The notes under the pieces: model-generated
The model's input: the letters and a program-made list of their open reading frames with translations, nothing else
Told to the model about the DNA's origin: nothing
Databases searched by the model: none
Part shown: positions 40,012-53,084 of the stretch, in pieces
Numbering within the stretch: the stretch's first letter is position 1
Layout: each line of letters begins with the position of its first letter
Translations under genes and position numbers: made by a program
NCBI RefSeq assembly: GCF_006345805.1
Contig: NC_043002.1
Span: 64,604,001-64,668,000, forward strand
Origin: Octopus sinensis
Taxonomy: Eukaryota
DNA: 64,000 nt
Reading direction: 5' to 3'

Positions 40012-40261
40012 TGTATATATATATATTAAAATATATTATAAATAAATATATATATATTTATTTATTTATAATATATTATAATGTATATATATATATGCAT
40101 GTATTATAAAATATGTATATGATATAGAGGTTATGGGAGGTAGTGGTGTCACAAAGACCCAAATGTGTCAGGTAATGCTAAGTGCTATGAATCTTCCCAG
40201 CCTTGGTATTTTATCTCATTCTGACAAAAAATATTTATTATAATATATATTAAAATATATA

Positions 40262-40398
40262 TATGCCTCTTTCCCTACGAAATCCATCATTGGCTCGAGG
40301 ATGGAGTAGATAATTGTTGCTCAAGTTCCCTTGCAGTGGGACTGAAACTAGAACAATGTGGTTAGCGAACAAACTTATCACATAGTCATGCCTGTGCC
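40262..40398 (-). mobile_element. SINE family B head, degraded
   Basis: TGCAGTGGGACTGAAACTAGAACAATGTGGTT matches the reverse complement of the family B head. Confidence 0.6.
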
Positions 40399-41931
40399 TA
40401 TATGTACAGAGATAGATACATGGATAGATAGATAGATAGCTAAAGAGAGATAGATGTCAATATATAGTTCTGTATATCTATTTTTCCGTCTTTTTTGGCT
40501 ATCAATGCAGACATCTGTGAATGTGCGCTAGTATGTACGTGCGTGTGTGTGTGTGTTGTATATCCGTACTTGCCTGTGGGGGTGTGAGTATGAATGTATA
40601 TGTGTGTGTAAATATGTATGTGAGTGTTCGTAGTGAGAAAGAGTGGTGAGAAGGAAAACGAGACGATGAAAAAGATACAAATGAATGAGTGAATGGTCGC
40701 ACATAACATTTACAACACAAAATGTGGCATTAACACAACAGTAAGAACAATATTTTCGATTACGCTAGCATTAACAATAACAGTCATACTTAGAAAACTA
40801 TGATAAATGAAGCGAGAATCCATTATACTAAATAAACATACACTTGCCTGCACTTAATTCTTCCATTGCAATACGTGGATCTTTTGGTTTTTGATATTTG
40901 CCTTTGTTATCCGACACTGTATAATCTAGAAGCCTCCTTTGTTCTACGCAATAATTATATTGCTGTCAAACACCACACAAAGTGTCATATTCGAAATGAA
41001 AATAACTGAGGATGTAATTCACATAAGCAATATGGTGCTTTCTAACGATATCAGTGATATAGTAGTAATATGAACATACTGTTTGAGTATTAATACATTT
41101 ACTTGCGCTGTAGTTATACATAAATACATGCTTGCATACGTATGTGTGTGTGTGCGTGTGTGTGTATATATGTGTGCATGTGTACACGCCGCCTGATTCT
41201 GAATATACATATATATATGTATATACATGTTTATATATGTATGTATATGAGAGCAAATATGTTCAAGTAGAACAATTCAAACTTTGCGGCAGGGAGTCCA
41301 AAAAGATATATTTCTAATAAATATTCTTCATATCAAAATAATAGCTTGCTATGGCAAGCAATTAAAATATGAAAATAATAAGTAAAAATTTTGTTATAAG
41401 CGTGTATAAGATAAAATCTTATATAAAACACTCCCAACAGTTAGAAAATGAAGAAGATGTGTTAACATTTGAAATTAGAATTTAATTTTCACATACGACC
41501 GTTTCGAAATATAATACAACATGTAAGAAAAAGACATTAATTATAATAATAGTTAAATTAGTTATGTATTACCATTCGCGTCAGTGAAGAAAATTTAAGG
41601 AAAACATGAAAAAAGATATAAACAAAATAAAATTAGACGGACCACAAAGAGGCTATGTCGGAGAAGCGAACGGATATTTGTAAAAAATATTATAATTAAT
41701 GATTTTGCAACATCTCCTCTTCTCCATTTCTCTAACTGTTACTAGTGCTTTATATAAGATATTAATCTTATATATGCCTATCACAAAATTTACATACACA
41801 CACACACACACACGCACGCACACATACACACACACACACGCACGCACACATACACACACACACACACACATATATATATATTCATATATATATGTATATA
41901 TATATGTGTGCGTGTATATGTATATATATAT

Positions 41932-41992
<61 letters not shown>

Positions 41993-42020
41993 ATATATAT
42001 ATACATATATACATACATAT

Positions 42021-42093
<73 letters not shown>

Positions 42094-42352
42094 CAGGGTC
42101 TTCAAAAAGGCTCTCCGCCGTGAATTTGATTCATCCTGCGCAATCATTACATAACGCGCCAAGATGTATTTCAAAATATGTATAAAAGAGTCAACTTATT
42201 ACTAAACATGAAGGACAACACTTTCAACACTTCTTATAAAGTTTTTTAAAGACTTGTAAAATCTAATATATTCTTTTGTAGCCGTATACCATCTTATAAT
42301 TGCTTATTTTGCAATAAAATACTTATTGCGGAGATACATTTTGAACGGCCTG
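42094..42352. mobile_element. Tc1/mariner-type MITE inserted in (TA)n
   Basis: Termini TA-CAGGGTCTTCAAAA and TTTTGAACGGCCTG-TA form imperfect TIRs with TA flanks. Confidence 0.6.
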
Positions 42353-42384
<32 letters not shown>

Positions 42385-42499
42385 ATATATATATATCTGT
42401 ATATGCCCACACACATCACAGAAGTAAATAGACACTCTTATAATCATTAAAATTTATTTAAATTTATTTAAATTATATATTCAAAATATTTATTAATTA

Positions 42500-43130
42500 T
42501 CATAAATGCCTAATGTTTAGTGGTCGTGCCCATTGCATTTTTCAATGCAAAGACCCTAATGGGCATGCTACTGATCAGATGACGAATGTTCTCTTGAGGA
42601 ATGTCTTCCCAAGTTTCATGCAATAATCTGAAAAGATCTGGCTTCCAGGATGCATTCTTGTTCTTTTTACGAAGTGTCCTTTCCATCCCCCAGAGGTGTT
42701 AAATAAGTTTCATGTCTAATGACTGGTTTGGCCATGGAAGCTTTTTACTCTCATTCACTTCTAACCATTCTTGGGTCGTTTTTAACTGTGTGGCAAGGGG
42801 CCCCATCTTCCATAAATAGTCTTCTTTAATAAGTTCACCACTAGAGAAGATTGGAAGGAGCCCTTTCTGTAATAGGGACACATTTATCTGAGTTTGTTTC
42901 CCTCACACTCCACCAGTTCTGATCTGCTATTATTCCAAATTCCTCCAGAAACCATCACAGAATATTTGCCGTGTTTCATTGTTAGCTTCAATCCTTTCAC
43001 TACAGATTCTCCAGACCCCACTCGACAACTTCAGAATATACAGCAAATGAGGATTCATTAAAGAATATGACAATGTCCCAGAATGCTAGTGGCCTCTCCA
43101 CTAATCTTTTATCTGCTTGATATTGGATAG
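42500..43130 (-). pseudogene. Tc1-family transposase remnant (DD34E domain)
   Basis: Minus strand: KHGKYSVMVSGGI; KTTQEWLEVNESKKLPWPNQSLDMKLI*HLW; ETWEDIPQENIRHLISSMPIRVFAL. Confidence 0.85.
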
Positions 43131-43984
43131 TCGAAGAATTGGCTTCCTTTTTGTTGCTCTCGCATATCTAATCGGCAGTATTTCTCTCAAAAGCACACAT
43201 AGCCTTCTCATACCAATACTAGAGATATTCTTCTGAAAGCGTACACTGGCAGAGTATAAATTTGATTTAACGTAGCGGATGGACGAAGCTATATCATAAG
43301 GAAGAGGAAAGTAGCAGAAAGTAACACACCGAAGTAACAGAAAATCCCTAGAATTTCGAACCAGTTGTTGATTGAAAGAGATCGTGACGGTTGCGCGTTT
43401 TATTACTATTAGAAATTGCTGCTAGCTGTGTAATCACTAGTTGTATTCAATCATATTCCCCTCTACTTCAACATTGTAGATCCTTTTTCTCGAATTCATT
43501 TGATTTTGTGAGGGCAGCTAGACGTGTCTTTACATTTGCACTTATAAATAGTGCAGGGAGAGTTAAAGCAGTATGCTACTGTACATCTGTTGTCCCATGA
43601 TAGATATTGAGAAATTTAATCGCATACATATTGAAAAATAATGGTATATGTTTGTGCAGTAGGCAAACTTATTTTACTGGAGTTATACAATACGTATATA
43701 TGAAATATTTATATTTGTAAGACAAATTGATTCATAAGATATGACTGTTTCATCTTTAGTTTGATGCATTCATTCTTACCACGAATACTGCTTATCACTT
43801 GCATATTTTAATGAGGTACAGATTTTTTGATAAGTACTTTTGTCACAAGTGTGGAGATAAATAACTAATATTAACTAATATTTGGCATGTTATGAATCTT
43901 TATATTTTTGTAGTTGTTGTAGGAGATTCTATGCAAGAATCTCACATCAAGCTCCTAATAGCTAATTGTTAATTCATTGCTTCT

Positions 43985-44190
43985 ATCAAGGCGGCAAAAT
44001 GGCAGGATCGCTAACTGGCCAAGCAAAATACCCAACGACCTTTCGGACCGCTTTAGCACTCTGAGTTCATATTCTGAGATCGACTTTGTTTTTCATTTCT
44101 TCGGGGTCTAGAAAATATCAGCTGAGTACTGGGGTCGATTTAATAGATTTGCAACCCTCTGCTGACCTTGTGCCAAAATTTGAAATCATT
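43985..44190 (+). mobile_element. SINE family C, degraded
   Basis: GAGATCGACTTTGTTTTTCATTTCTTCGGGGTC...GTACTGGGGTCGAT. Confidence 0.7.
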
Positions 44191-44481
44191 GCATTGTTGG
44201 TATTACGTACAGTACATACATTCATACATACATAGAAACAAACAAACAAAAGAGGATGATAGTAGTTACTCGTAGTCCGAGAAAGATTTTTCTGTAAATT
44301 CACGACCAACAAACATTCACAAATGATTTCGAGAGCGGGTTTACAGAGCCATTTAATTCTATGACGTACAGATATCTGACTATCATTAGTGTGAGACGGA
44401 TAACATCTTACTAAATGAGGCGGTCATCATGTGTGTGTGGAATATGTATAATTGTACGTATTTATTTATGCATATAAATTA

Positions 44482-44809
44482 AAAAAGACTCCGCCGGTTA
44501 CGACGACGAGGGTCCCAGCTGATACGATCAACGGAACAGCTTGCTCGTGAAATTAACGTGCAAATGGCTGAGCATTCCACAGACACGTGTACCCTTAACG
44601 TAGTTCTCGGGGATAATCAGCGTGACACAGAGAGTGACAAGGCTGACCCTTTGAAAATACAGGTACAACTCATTTTTGCCAGCTGAGTGGACTGGAGCAA
44701 CGTGAAATAAAGTGTCTTGCTCAAGGACACAACGCGTCGCCGGGAATCGAACTCACAACCTTACGATCATGAGCCGAATGCCCTAACCACTAAGCCACGC
44801 GCCCTCACT
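44482..44809 (-). mobile_element. tRNA-derived SINE, family D (CORE-like centre)
   Basis: Minus strand: GGCGCGTGGCTTAGTGGTTAGGGCATTCGG...GAGTTCGATTCCC (A and B boxes), then GTGTCCTTGAGCAAGACACTTTA (CORE-like), then a tail shared with 47880-48065. Confidence 0.85.
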
Positions 44810-45251
44810 GCATATAAATATGTACAGATGGAATATGTAGTAAGGGCCGCATACAGGGAAGCTAGTTCCTGAGAAATTCCTATCTTTGTGCCTTCACTCT
44901 ACATTTAGATATTCTTTTAAGTTTACAAAGCTATTCGTGCTCAGATGAGTCTCAATAAACGATTTGTTGTATAAAGCCATTCATGTTTTAACCAAGACTT
45001 TTTTCGATCATTGGACTGGCGCCATGTCGGTGAACTACTTTAATTCCTTCAGTCGAACAAACTGACAGCAAAGTTTATTTTTTCGAAATGTAGAACTTAG
45101 TCAACCACTTTTCTTTTTGCCAAAATCCTAATTTACAGAAACAACATAAATATACAAACAGCTGTGATCAAATAATGGTGGGGGACAAATAGAAACACAC
45201 ACACACACACATACACGCACACGCACAACTAGAAATGCACACACATATATA

Positions 45252-45375
45252 CGATGAAATTCCCCACAGTTTCCCTCTGCCAAATTTGCTCACGAGGCAA
45301 CGGTTGGCGCGGGACTATAGTAAAAATGCGTTTCCTAATGTGGTGAGTAATGGGTCTGCACTCGAAACCACAGAG
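45252..45375 (-). mobile_element. SINE family B, degraded
   Basis: CAGTTTCCCTCTGCCAAATTTGCTCACGAGGC...GGACTATAGT. Confidence 0.55.
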
Positions 45376-46779
45376 TAACACATCAAGCGTGTTATTCATT
45401 TAACCATTGCGTTCTTAAATGTCCAAATTAGTTATAAGCAACCCCATGGTCTACCGACAGACGAGGAATAAATATTTCATACCCTCATATGAACCTTACA
45501 TACTGTTGAGCCTGAAGACGTTAGTACTATTAAAACTACTGTTTGCCTCTTGGCTACTATGAAGTACTCTTTGTAAATTCAACTCATCTGAATATTATCT
45601 AAAAACAGGAAAAATTTAATTTAATAAAATATCCAATCGAAATATTTCCAAGCAGGCCGCAGAACTGAAAAAAATATTGTATATGAATGAAAAAAAGAAA
45701 CTTCGCTAAGGTGTTATATAATACAAAGCGTTATAACACCACAAGTAAAATGATTGAAAGAGCGGTAGTATGCATTTGTAGATTATGGTAATTTATATGC
45801 ATAACAAATATTTCAGGCACATACACAGGCGCTCTCTCACACACATACGTTTATATATGCGCGCATGGGTTAGCTGTGTATATGTTCGTGTGTATGTGTT
45901 TGTTTAGGTTTTGCATGTATATGTAGGTACTAGGCGATCGCATTTATATTTCCTATTGATGATATAACAGGTTCTAGCAAAAAGGTTTTACTATGCATTA
46001 AAATGTAAAATATTCTCTGTTCAATCGAAGGATAATCAACAATATATTAAATTGATTTATACACACATCTATAGAAATAACGCGCACATATACAAATAAG
46101 AGACATATACATGGAGATATGTATGTGTGCGAGTGTATGTGTATGCATGTATGTATGTATACATTATAAAGGTGTGAATGAATGTGCGAATGTGCTTCAT
46201 ATATTAATGTATTTATATACTTTTATCTACAGAATAATGAGCAAACCAAAGATTCTCTATAAACCATATCAACCTGTTTAACAAAATATGAGCTGCTGAC
46301 GCCATATTGACATAAATATTCAATCTGTAAAATCCTTTATATTTACATTACAAAACTCCACGTTACTACAATAATAACATTGCTTATGACAATAACAACA
46401 ACAACATCGGCAACAGCAATAACAACAGCTAAAACGAAATCCACTCTAACTACAAAAATAAATGACATTAAACAACCGTATTTGCAATTCAACCAATACC
46501 ACTGAAATTACCATTTCTAATAGTATTCCATTAAAATAACTATATTCCTACTAATACGATTTTCTATTATTATATTTATTATTATTTTTTCTTCTTTTTT
46601 GTATATTTGCGGACTTCGTTTCTACCAGGAATATTGATTTTCGTTTTTAATTCAGAATGCGTATTTTTGAATGGGAATGTATGTTCTTTCTTTCATATCT
46701 TGCCTTTATTTTGTAAACAAAAACTGAAACTATCGGTTCCTTAAAGCAAATCTTGCTTTCACTATCTTTTATCTCTCTC

Positions 46780-46793
46780 TCCATCTTTCTATT

Positions 46794-46839
<46 letters not shown>

Positions 46840-46974
46840 CTCTGTATATATATTGATAGATAAATAGATAGATAAATAGCAAGATAGATAGATAGACAGA
46901 CAGAAAGACAGATTGATAGACACATTGATAGATGGTTAGATAGATAGACAGACAAACAGATCGATAGACACAGC

Positions 46975-47039
<65 letters not shown>

Positions 47040-47069
47040 GAAGATAGAGAGATAGATAGTTAAATAGAT

Positions 47070-47105
<36 letters not shown>

Positions 47106-47109
47106 TGAC

Positions 47110-47157
<48 letters not shown>

Positions 47158-47220
47158 TGACAGACAGACAGACAGATAGAGAGATAGAGAGATAGATGGA
47201 CAAATGCTTAGGAAGATAGA
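46780..47220. repeat. (CT)n then (GATA)n/(GACA)n compound microsatellite
   Basis: Direct inspection. Confidence 0.95.
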
Positions 47221-47342
47221 TTTATGTATTTGTTTGTGAGTGTGCATGGTGTTTGTGCGTGTGTGTGTGTGTGCATTTATGTGTATATTAAATACCTCAT
47301 GGTTTGTAAACTTATTACACATTCCCATATGACATTTCTAAT

Positions 47343-47735
47343 GGTAAGGCAGCGAGCTAGCAAAAACGTTAGCACGCCGGGCAAAATGCTTAGCGGTATT
47401 TCCTCTGTCTTTACGTTCCGCCGAGGTCGACTTTGCTTTTCATTCTTTCGGGTTCGATTAAATAAGTACCAGTTACGTACTGGGGTCGATGTAATCGACT
47501 TAATCCGTTTGTCTGTCCTTGTTTGTCCCGTTTGTGTTTATCCCCTTGTGGGTTGTAAATAAATAGGTATTTCGTCTGTTTTTACGTTCATAGTTAAATT
47601 TCCACCAAGGTCGACTTTGCCTTTCACCTTTTCGGGGTCGATAAATTAAGTACCAGTTACGTACTGGGGTCGATCTAATCAATTGTCCCTCTTCCCCACA
47701 ATTTAGTTCTTTGTGCCTAGTGTAGAAAAGAATAT
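47343..47735 (+). mobile_element. SINE family C with tandem partial second copy
   Basis: The core occurs twice (about 47423 and 47608). Confidence 0.85.
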
Positions 47736-47879
47736 TTCTAATAGTATTCCCAGATTAGTCACGTAATGATTCAATAATATGAATGGAAGGACTACGAATA
47801 ATGAACGAGACAAAACAAAAAAACCATGAACATCACTGGGCGTATATCTCCATTATGATAACAATAAATGTTATAAAAT

Positions 47880-48260
47880 ATCGTGGCACTCCGTCGATTA
47901 CGACGGCGAGGGATACAGTTGATCCGATGAACAGAACAGTCTACTCGTGAAATTAACCTGCAAGTGGCTGAGCACTCCACATACGCGTGTACTCTTAACG
48001 TATTTCTCAGGGAGATTCAGCATGACACAGGGTGTGACAATGCTGACCCTTTGAAATGCAGGTACAGCAGAAACCTAAAGAAAGAGTGAGAGAAAGTTGT
48101 GGTGAAAGAGTCCAGCAGGGTTCACAACCACCCCTTGCCGGAGCCTCGGGGAGCTGTAGGTGTTTTCGCTCAATAAACACAGCGCCTGGTCTGGGAATCG
48201 AAACTGCGATCCTATGAGCGCGAGCCCGCAGCTCTAAACACTGGGCTATTACGCCTCCAC
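47880..48260 (-). mobile_element. Chimeric SINE: family A head plus family D tail
   Basis: 48064-48260 is homologous to the 3265 and 30201 heads. 47880-48065 is homologous to 44490-44670. Confidence 0.8.
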
Positions 48261-49117
48261 TATCAAATATACCTACTCGGAGATATAGCTATAAACATAC
48301 GTAAAAGCATACACACATGTTTAAAAATTATCTATTACAGTATTATCCTCATCAACTTCCAATCCGACACGTGTTTCTACTGGTTGCCTGTCGCAACGAA
48401 CTCATAATAATACAAGAAACGTGCCGAATAAGAAACGAAGTTGTTGGCATCACATTTATTCCAGAGTTTACAATAACATATTGGAATGGACTTTAACGTT
48501 TAGCTGAATAGTGTCAAATGCGCAAGCAAGGCCTGGCAATGAGCAAGATGCACTGTCTCAGTTATATTCGCTTCTATTAGAAGTTGTTAACTTTCTGCTT
48601 TCGGGGTTCAATAAATAGACATCCAGTACTAGGATCAATGTAATAAACAAACATGCTCACTTCAAAACTCCAAGTCTTGTGAATAAATACAATATTAGAT
48701 TGGTAGTTTTTTTTGTTTTCTTTTTTTTTTTCTTTTGAGGCTTGGAAAATAAGTTGTAGTAATTTTTCTAGCGCTTTAAATACTTATTTCAAATTGTGCT
48801 CTTGTCATATTTGATATTCATTTTCAAGTACTAAGTCGATATCCTTAGCAGACCCAGCCCTTCAAAATAGTTAATTTATAAATATTAAAGTGAGCTGGGG
48901 AATCGACAGGACGTCACACAATATGCTTTGAGATATTTCTCCATATTATTTACGCTCTCATTTCAAATACCACCAAGATCCAATTCGCATTTTGAGCTCA
49001 CTAAGATATATACCAGGTCCAGTTGGGTCGGTGGAAATAAATTTCCCCGTCACCTACCGAAAAAAGAATTCAGACATTTTCCTTATGGCAGAATAAATAT
49101 TAGTATTATTATGCAAG

Positions 49118-49775
49118 CTGGCAGAAACGTTAGCACACCGGGCGAAATGCTAAGCAGTATTTCATCTGCTGCTCCGTTCTGAGTTCAAATTCTGCCGAGG
49201 GAGACTGTGCCTTTCATTCTGTTGGGGTCGATAAATTAAGCACAAGTTACGCACTGGGGTCGATATAATCGACTTAATCTGTTTGTCTGTCCTTGTTTGT
49301 CCTTTCTGTGTTTAGCCCATTGTAGGTAATAAAGAAATAGGTAAGGGCAGTGAGCTGGTAGAAACTTTAGCACGCCAGGCAAAATGCTTAGCGGTATTTC
49401 GTCTGCCGCTAAGTATTGAGTTCAAATTTCGCCGAGGTCGATTTTGCCTTTCATCCTTTCGTGGTCGATAAATTAAGTACCAGTTACGCACTGGCGCCGA
49501 TGTAATCGACTTAATCCCTTTGTCTGTCCTTGTTTGTCCCCTCTATGTTTAGCCCCTTGTGGGCAATAAAGAAATAAGAAACGTTAGCATGTAATGTGAA
49601 ATGCATAGCTGTATTTCGTCTGCCTTTACATTCTGACTTCAAATTCCGCCGAGGTCGATTTTGCTTTCATCCTTTTCGGGTCGATAAATTAAGTACCATT
49701 TACGTATTGAGGTTGATCTAATCGACTGGCTCCCTCCCCCAAAATGTCGGACCTTGTACCTAGAGTAGAAAAGAA
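49118..49775 (+). mobile_element. Three head-to-tail SINE family C copies
   Basis: Units start at about 49118, 49341 and 49578, each containing CCGAGG(T)CGA...GGTCGATAAATTAAG. Confidence 0.88.
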
Positions 49776-50448
49776 TAAACATACTTTTATAAGCAAACTT
49801 TGTAAGCGTCGGATGTGTCGATATTTTGCAAACAGGGAAATAAATTTCGAATGCAGTAAACCTGTAAGAGCAGTAGAGAAAGATTTGGTTAAAAAACAGT
49901 GAAAGGAAGTAATGGCACCAGCAGAGTCTAGAATCTTGAACAATTTACGAAAGCGTGCCAGAGATTGCAGTGGAATTCATCACATACCAGTTACAGAAAC
50001 GAGCGCTCAAGCTGATGAGACAACCTACTTACTCTGTGGAGAAGTGTTGGGGTGGAAAATTGAAAAGATTCTAAACACACATAATGTCGGTTTTGGAGGC
50101 TTACAAAGTCTGAAGGATTTTCCTCTTCTTCCAGAGCCAGCAAGTAAAAGGAAACAATAAACTAAAAATGTGGAGAGATTTCTTATCAGAAGATATACAA
50201 AAAGAGATGATGTGAAGCTGTAATATCCTCATACACAGGGCAACGCTATGGATGTTACATTTATAAGGAAGCAAAAGCAATGCTACAATGGGAAGGCAGT
50301 CAACCTCATGACTACGAAAAAAGGAATGTTATCTGAGAATAATTTAATGCACTGCATGGAGAAACCAAATGAATGATTTTCAACAACTTTCACCCATTGA
50401 TTTATAACAGCTTCAATAGCATCTTTAATCTTCTCTCACTGATTAGAC

Positions 50449-50975
50449 CAACAAATCGACCCCAGCACTTTATGTTTTAAGGCGGGTACTTACTCGATCG
50501 GTTCTTCGGCGAACCGCTAATAGTACGGGGAAAAACGAGAGACACAACGAAAACACACACACACAGACATACAAACATATATATATATATATATATATAT
50601 TCTTTTATTCTTTTATTCTTTTACATGTTTCAGTCATTAGAATGCGGCCACGCTGGAGCACCGCCTTTAGTTGAACAAATCTCTCCCAGGACTTATTTTG
50701 TGTAAGTTCCTTTTGCCGAATCGATAAGTGACGAAGCGTAAAGACACCATCACCGGTTGTCAAGCAATAGTGAGGCGACAAACACACATACACACACACA
50801 TATATATATAAGACGGGCTTCTTTCAGTTTCCGTCTACCAAATCCGCCCACAAGGATTTGGTCAGCCCGAGGCTATACTAAAAGACAATTGTCCAAGGTG
50901 CCATGCAGTGGGACTGAAACAGAGAACCATGTGGCAGGTAAGCAAGCTACTTACCACACAGCCACTCCTGCGCCT
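50449..50975 (-). mobile_element. SINE family B: full copy (50601-50975) plus tail fragment (50449-50545)
   Basis: Reverse complement of 28841-29392. Confidence 0.85.
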
Positions 50976-50978
50976 ATA

Positions 50979-51042
<64 letters not shown>

Positions 51043-51043
51043 C

Positions 51044-51076
<33 letters not shown>

Positions 51077-51081
51077 ATGTA

Positions 51082-51184
<103 letters not shown>

Positions 51185-51199
51185 TATGTATATATATAT

Positions 51200-51325
51200 A
51201 GCAAATCCACAGACAGGTATTTGGTTGCCACGAGGCTATAGTAAGAGACACGTGACTTGCTTGGCACGCAATGGGACTGAAACTGGAACCATTTTGTTGG
51301 CAAACGCGCTTTTTACCACACAACA
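51200..51325 (-). mobile_element. SINE family B head
   Basis: GCAATGGGACTGAAACTGGAACCAT...TTACCACACA. Confidence 0.7.
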
Positions 51326-51644
51326 ACCAGGGATTTTTCTCGAATAACCCTAAAAATACTGAAGGGTCCTCAGTACTTCCCATCTGTGATATCTTGAAAA
51401 AAAAATCTTAGCTGTCGGAAACCAGGAGAAAAATTGCGGTGGTGTATTTCATGAGATCGTTTTATAAAACTGAATATATCTTTAAAGTTTCCAATGAAAT
51501 TATTGATAAAATTTCTGTTTGTTATTTTAAATGTTTGACTCGTTGCCCTATTTACGATGCAGTGTGTTACATGTATATTGTCTTCAAAATTCCCACGTCT
51601 TGTTAGCATCTGTGTATATATGTGCATATGCTTTAAACGTTTCC

Positions 51645-51822
51645 CATTCTTCTTCTTCTTCTTTTTCTTTTCTTCTTCTTCTTTTTCTTTTCTTCTTCTT
51701 CTTCTTCTTCGTCTTCTTCTTCTTCGTTTCTTCTTCTTCTTCTTCTTCTTCTTTTTACTCTTCTATTTCCTCTTCTTCCTTTCTTCTTCTTCTTCTTCCT
51801 TTCTTCTTCTTCTTCTTCTTTC

Positions 51823-51853
<31 letters not shown>

Positions 51854-52178
51854 TTCCTCTTATTTTCCTTCTTTTTGTACTTCTTATTTACTCCTCTTTT
51901 TCTTCGTCTTCTACTTTTTCTTCTTCTTCTTCTTCTTCTTCGTCTTCTACTATCATAAATTATCATTATCATAGTTCTTATTGTGATACTTACAATTGTT
52001 CGTGTTGTTATTATTACTATTGTAATTAATATTATCATTAGCGTTGTTAGTAGTACCCTCAGCAACAACGGCAACAGCAGCAGCAGCAGCAGCAGGAGCA
52101 TCAGCAGAAGGAGCAGCAGCAGCAGCAGAAGGGGCAGCAGCAGCAGCAGAAGGAGCAGCAGCAGCGGTGGTAGTAGTT

Positions 52179-52216
<38 letters not shown>

Positions 52217-52415
52217 TGGAGGAGAAGAAGGAGAAGGACGAGGGCGAGGAAGACGAGAAAGAGGATGAGGAGCAGGAAGAGGAGTGAAGAGGGGGACGAG
52301 GAGGATGAGCACGAAGTGGAGGAGAACGACGAAGAGGAGGGGAACTACGGAGAAGGGGATGAGGACGAAGGGGAGGACGAAGACAATGACGAAGTGGAGG
52401 GGGAGAAGGACGACG
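51645..52415. repeat. Compound trinucleotide low-complexity tract: (TTC)n, (ATT/GTT)n, (CAG)n, (GTA)n, (GAG/GAC)n
   Basis: Direct inspection. Confidence 0.95.
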
Positions 52416-52726
52416 AGTGTCTCTATTTTTTCATTATTATGCTTGCTCTTAATATAATATTTATATAGCTGTCTTTTAAATAATTTCTTTCTATTCATAT
52501 TCAACGGTAAGATTAACAGAATTTGTCAGGAAGAAATCTCTGTTGCAATGTATGTGTGTAACTATAAACCGGTATATTTTATATTTAGGCACTACCTTAG
52601 TCCCGGATTTGCCAATTAGCATATCCTCAACACAGACTCACACGGACACGCGCTAACACATACCAACACACCAACACACACAAGCAGATATATGCCTATA
52701 TGTATATGTATATATATATATGTATA

Positions 52727-52814
<88 letters not shown>

Positions 52815-52816
<2 letters not shown>

Positions 52817-53023
52817 GAGAGAGGTTTTCTTTAAGTATTAGAAATAGTTTTAAAAAAGTTTTTTTAGCTACTATTCTAATGAGTTCAGTATGCGGCAAAG
52901 TAATTTATTTTACTAAGCCCTTTTATATAATGTAATAATTTGAATTCGCTTAAATGGTCCCTTTGCATACTGAATACTTGGTGAAATTGATTAATAATTA
53001 ATTAATTTTACCCTCAATTGTTG

Positions 53024-53084
<61 letters not shown>

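Larger units (their letters stand above)
38600..40090. repeat. Near-identical tandem duplication, 728-bp period
   Basis: Units start AAGAAGTTGAAAACGCCAC at about 38601 and 39329. Differences are mostly indels and microsatellite lengths. Confidence 0.92.

Noticed and set aside
44760-44809. tRNA-like sequences (also 3265, 27851, 63129)
   Set aside because: These are SINE heads with A and B boxes but no complete cloverleaf, and they run into SINE bodies.
51953-52504. 183-aa Ala/Thr/Pro-rich ORF and overlapping ORFs
   Set aside because: Open in several frames on both strands, which is typical of trinucleotide low complexity.
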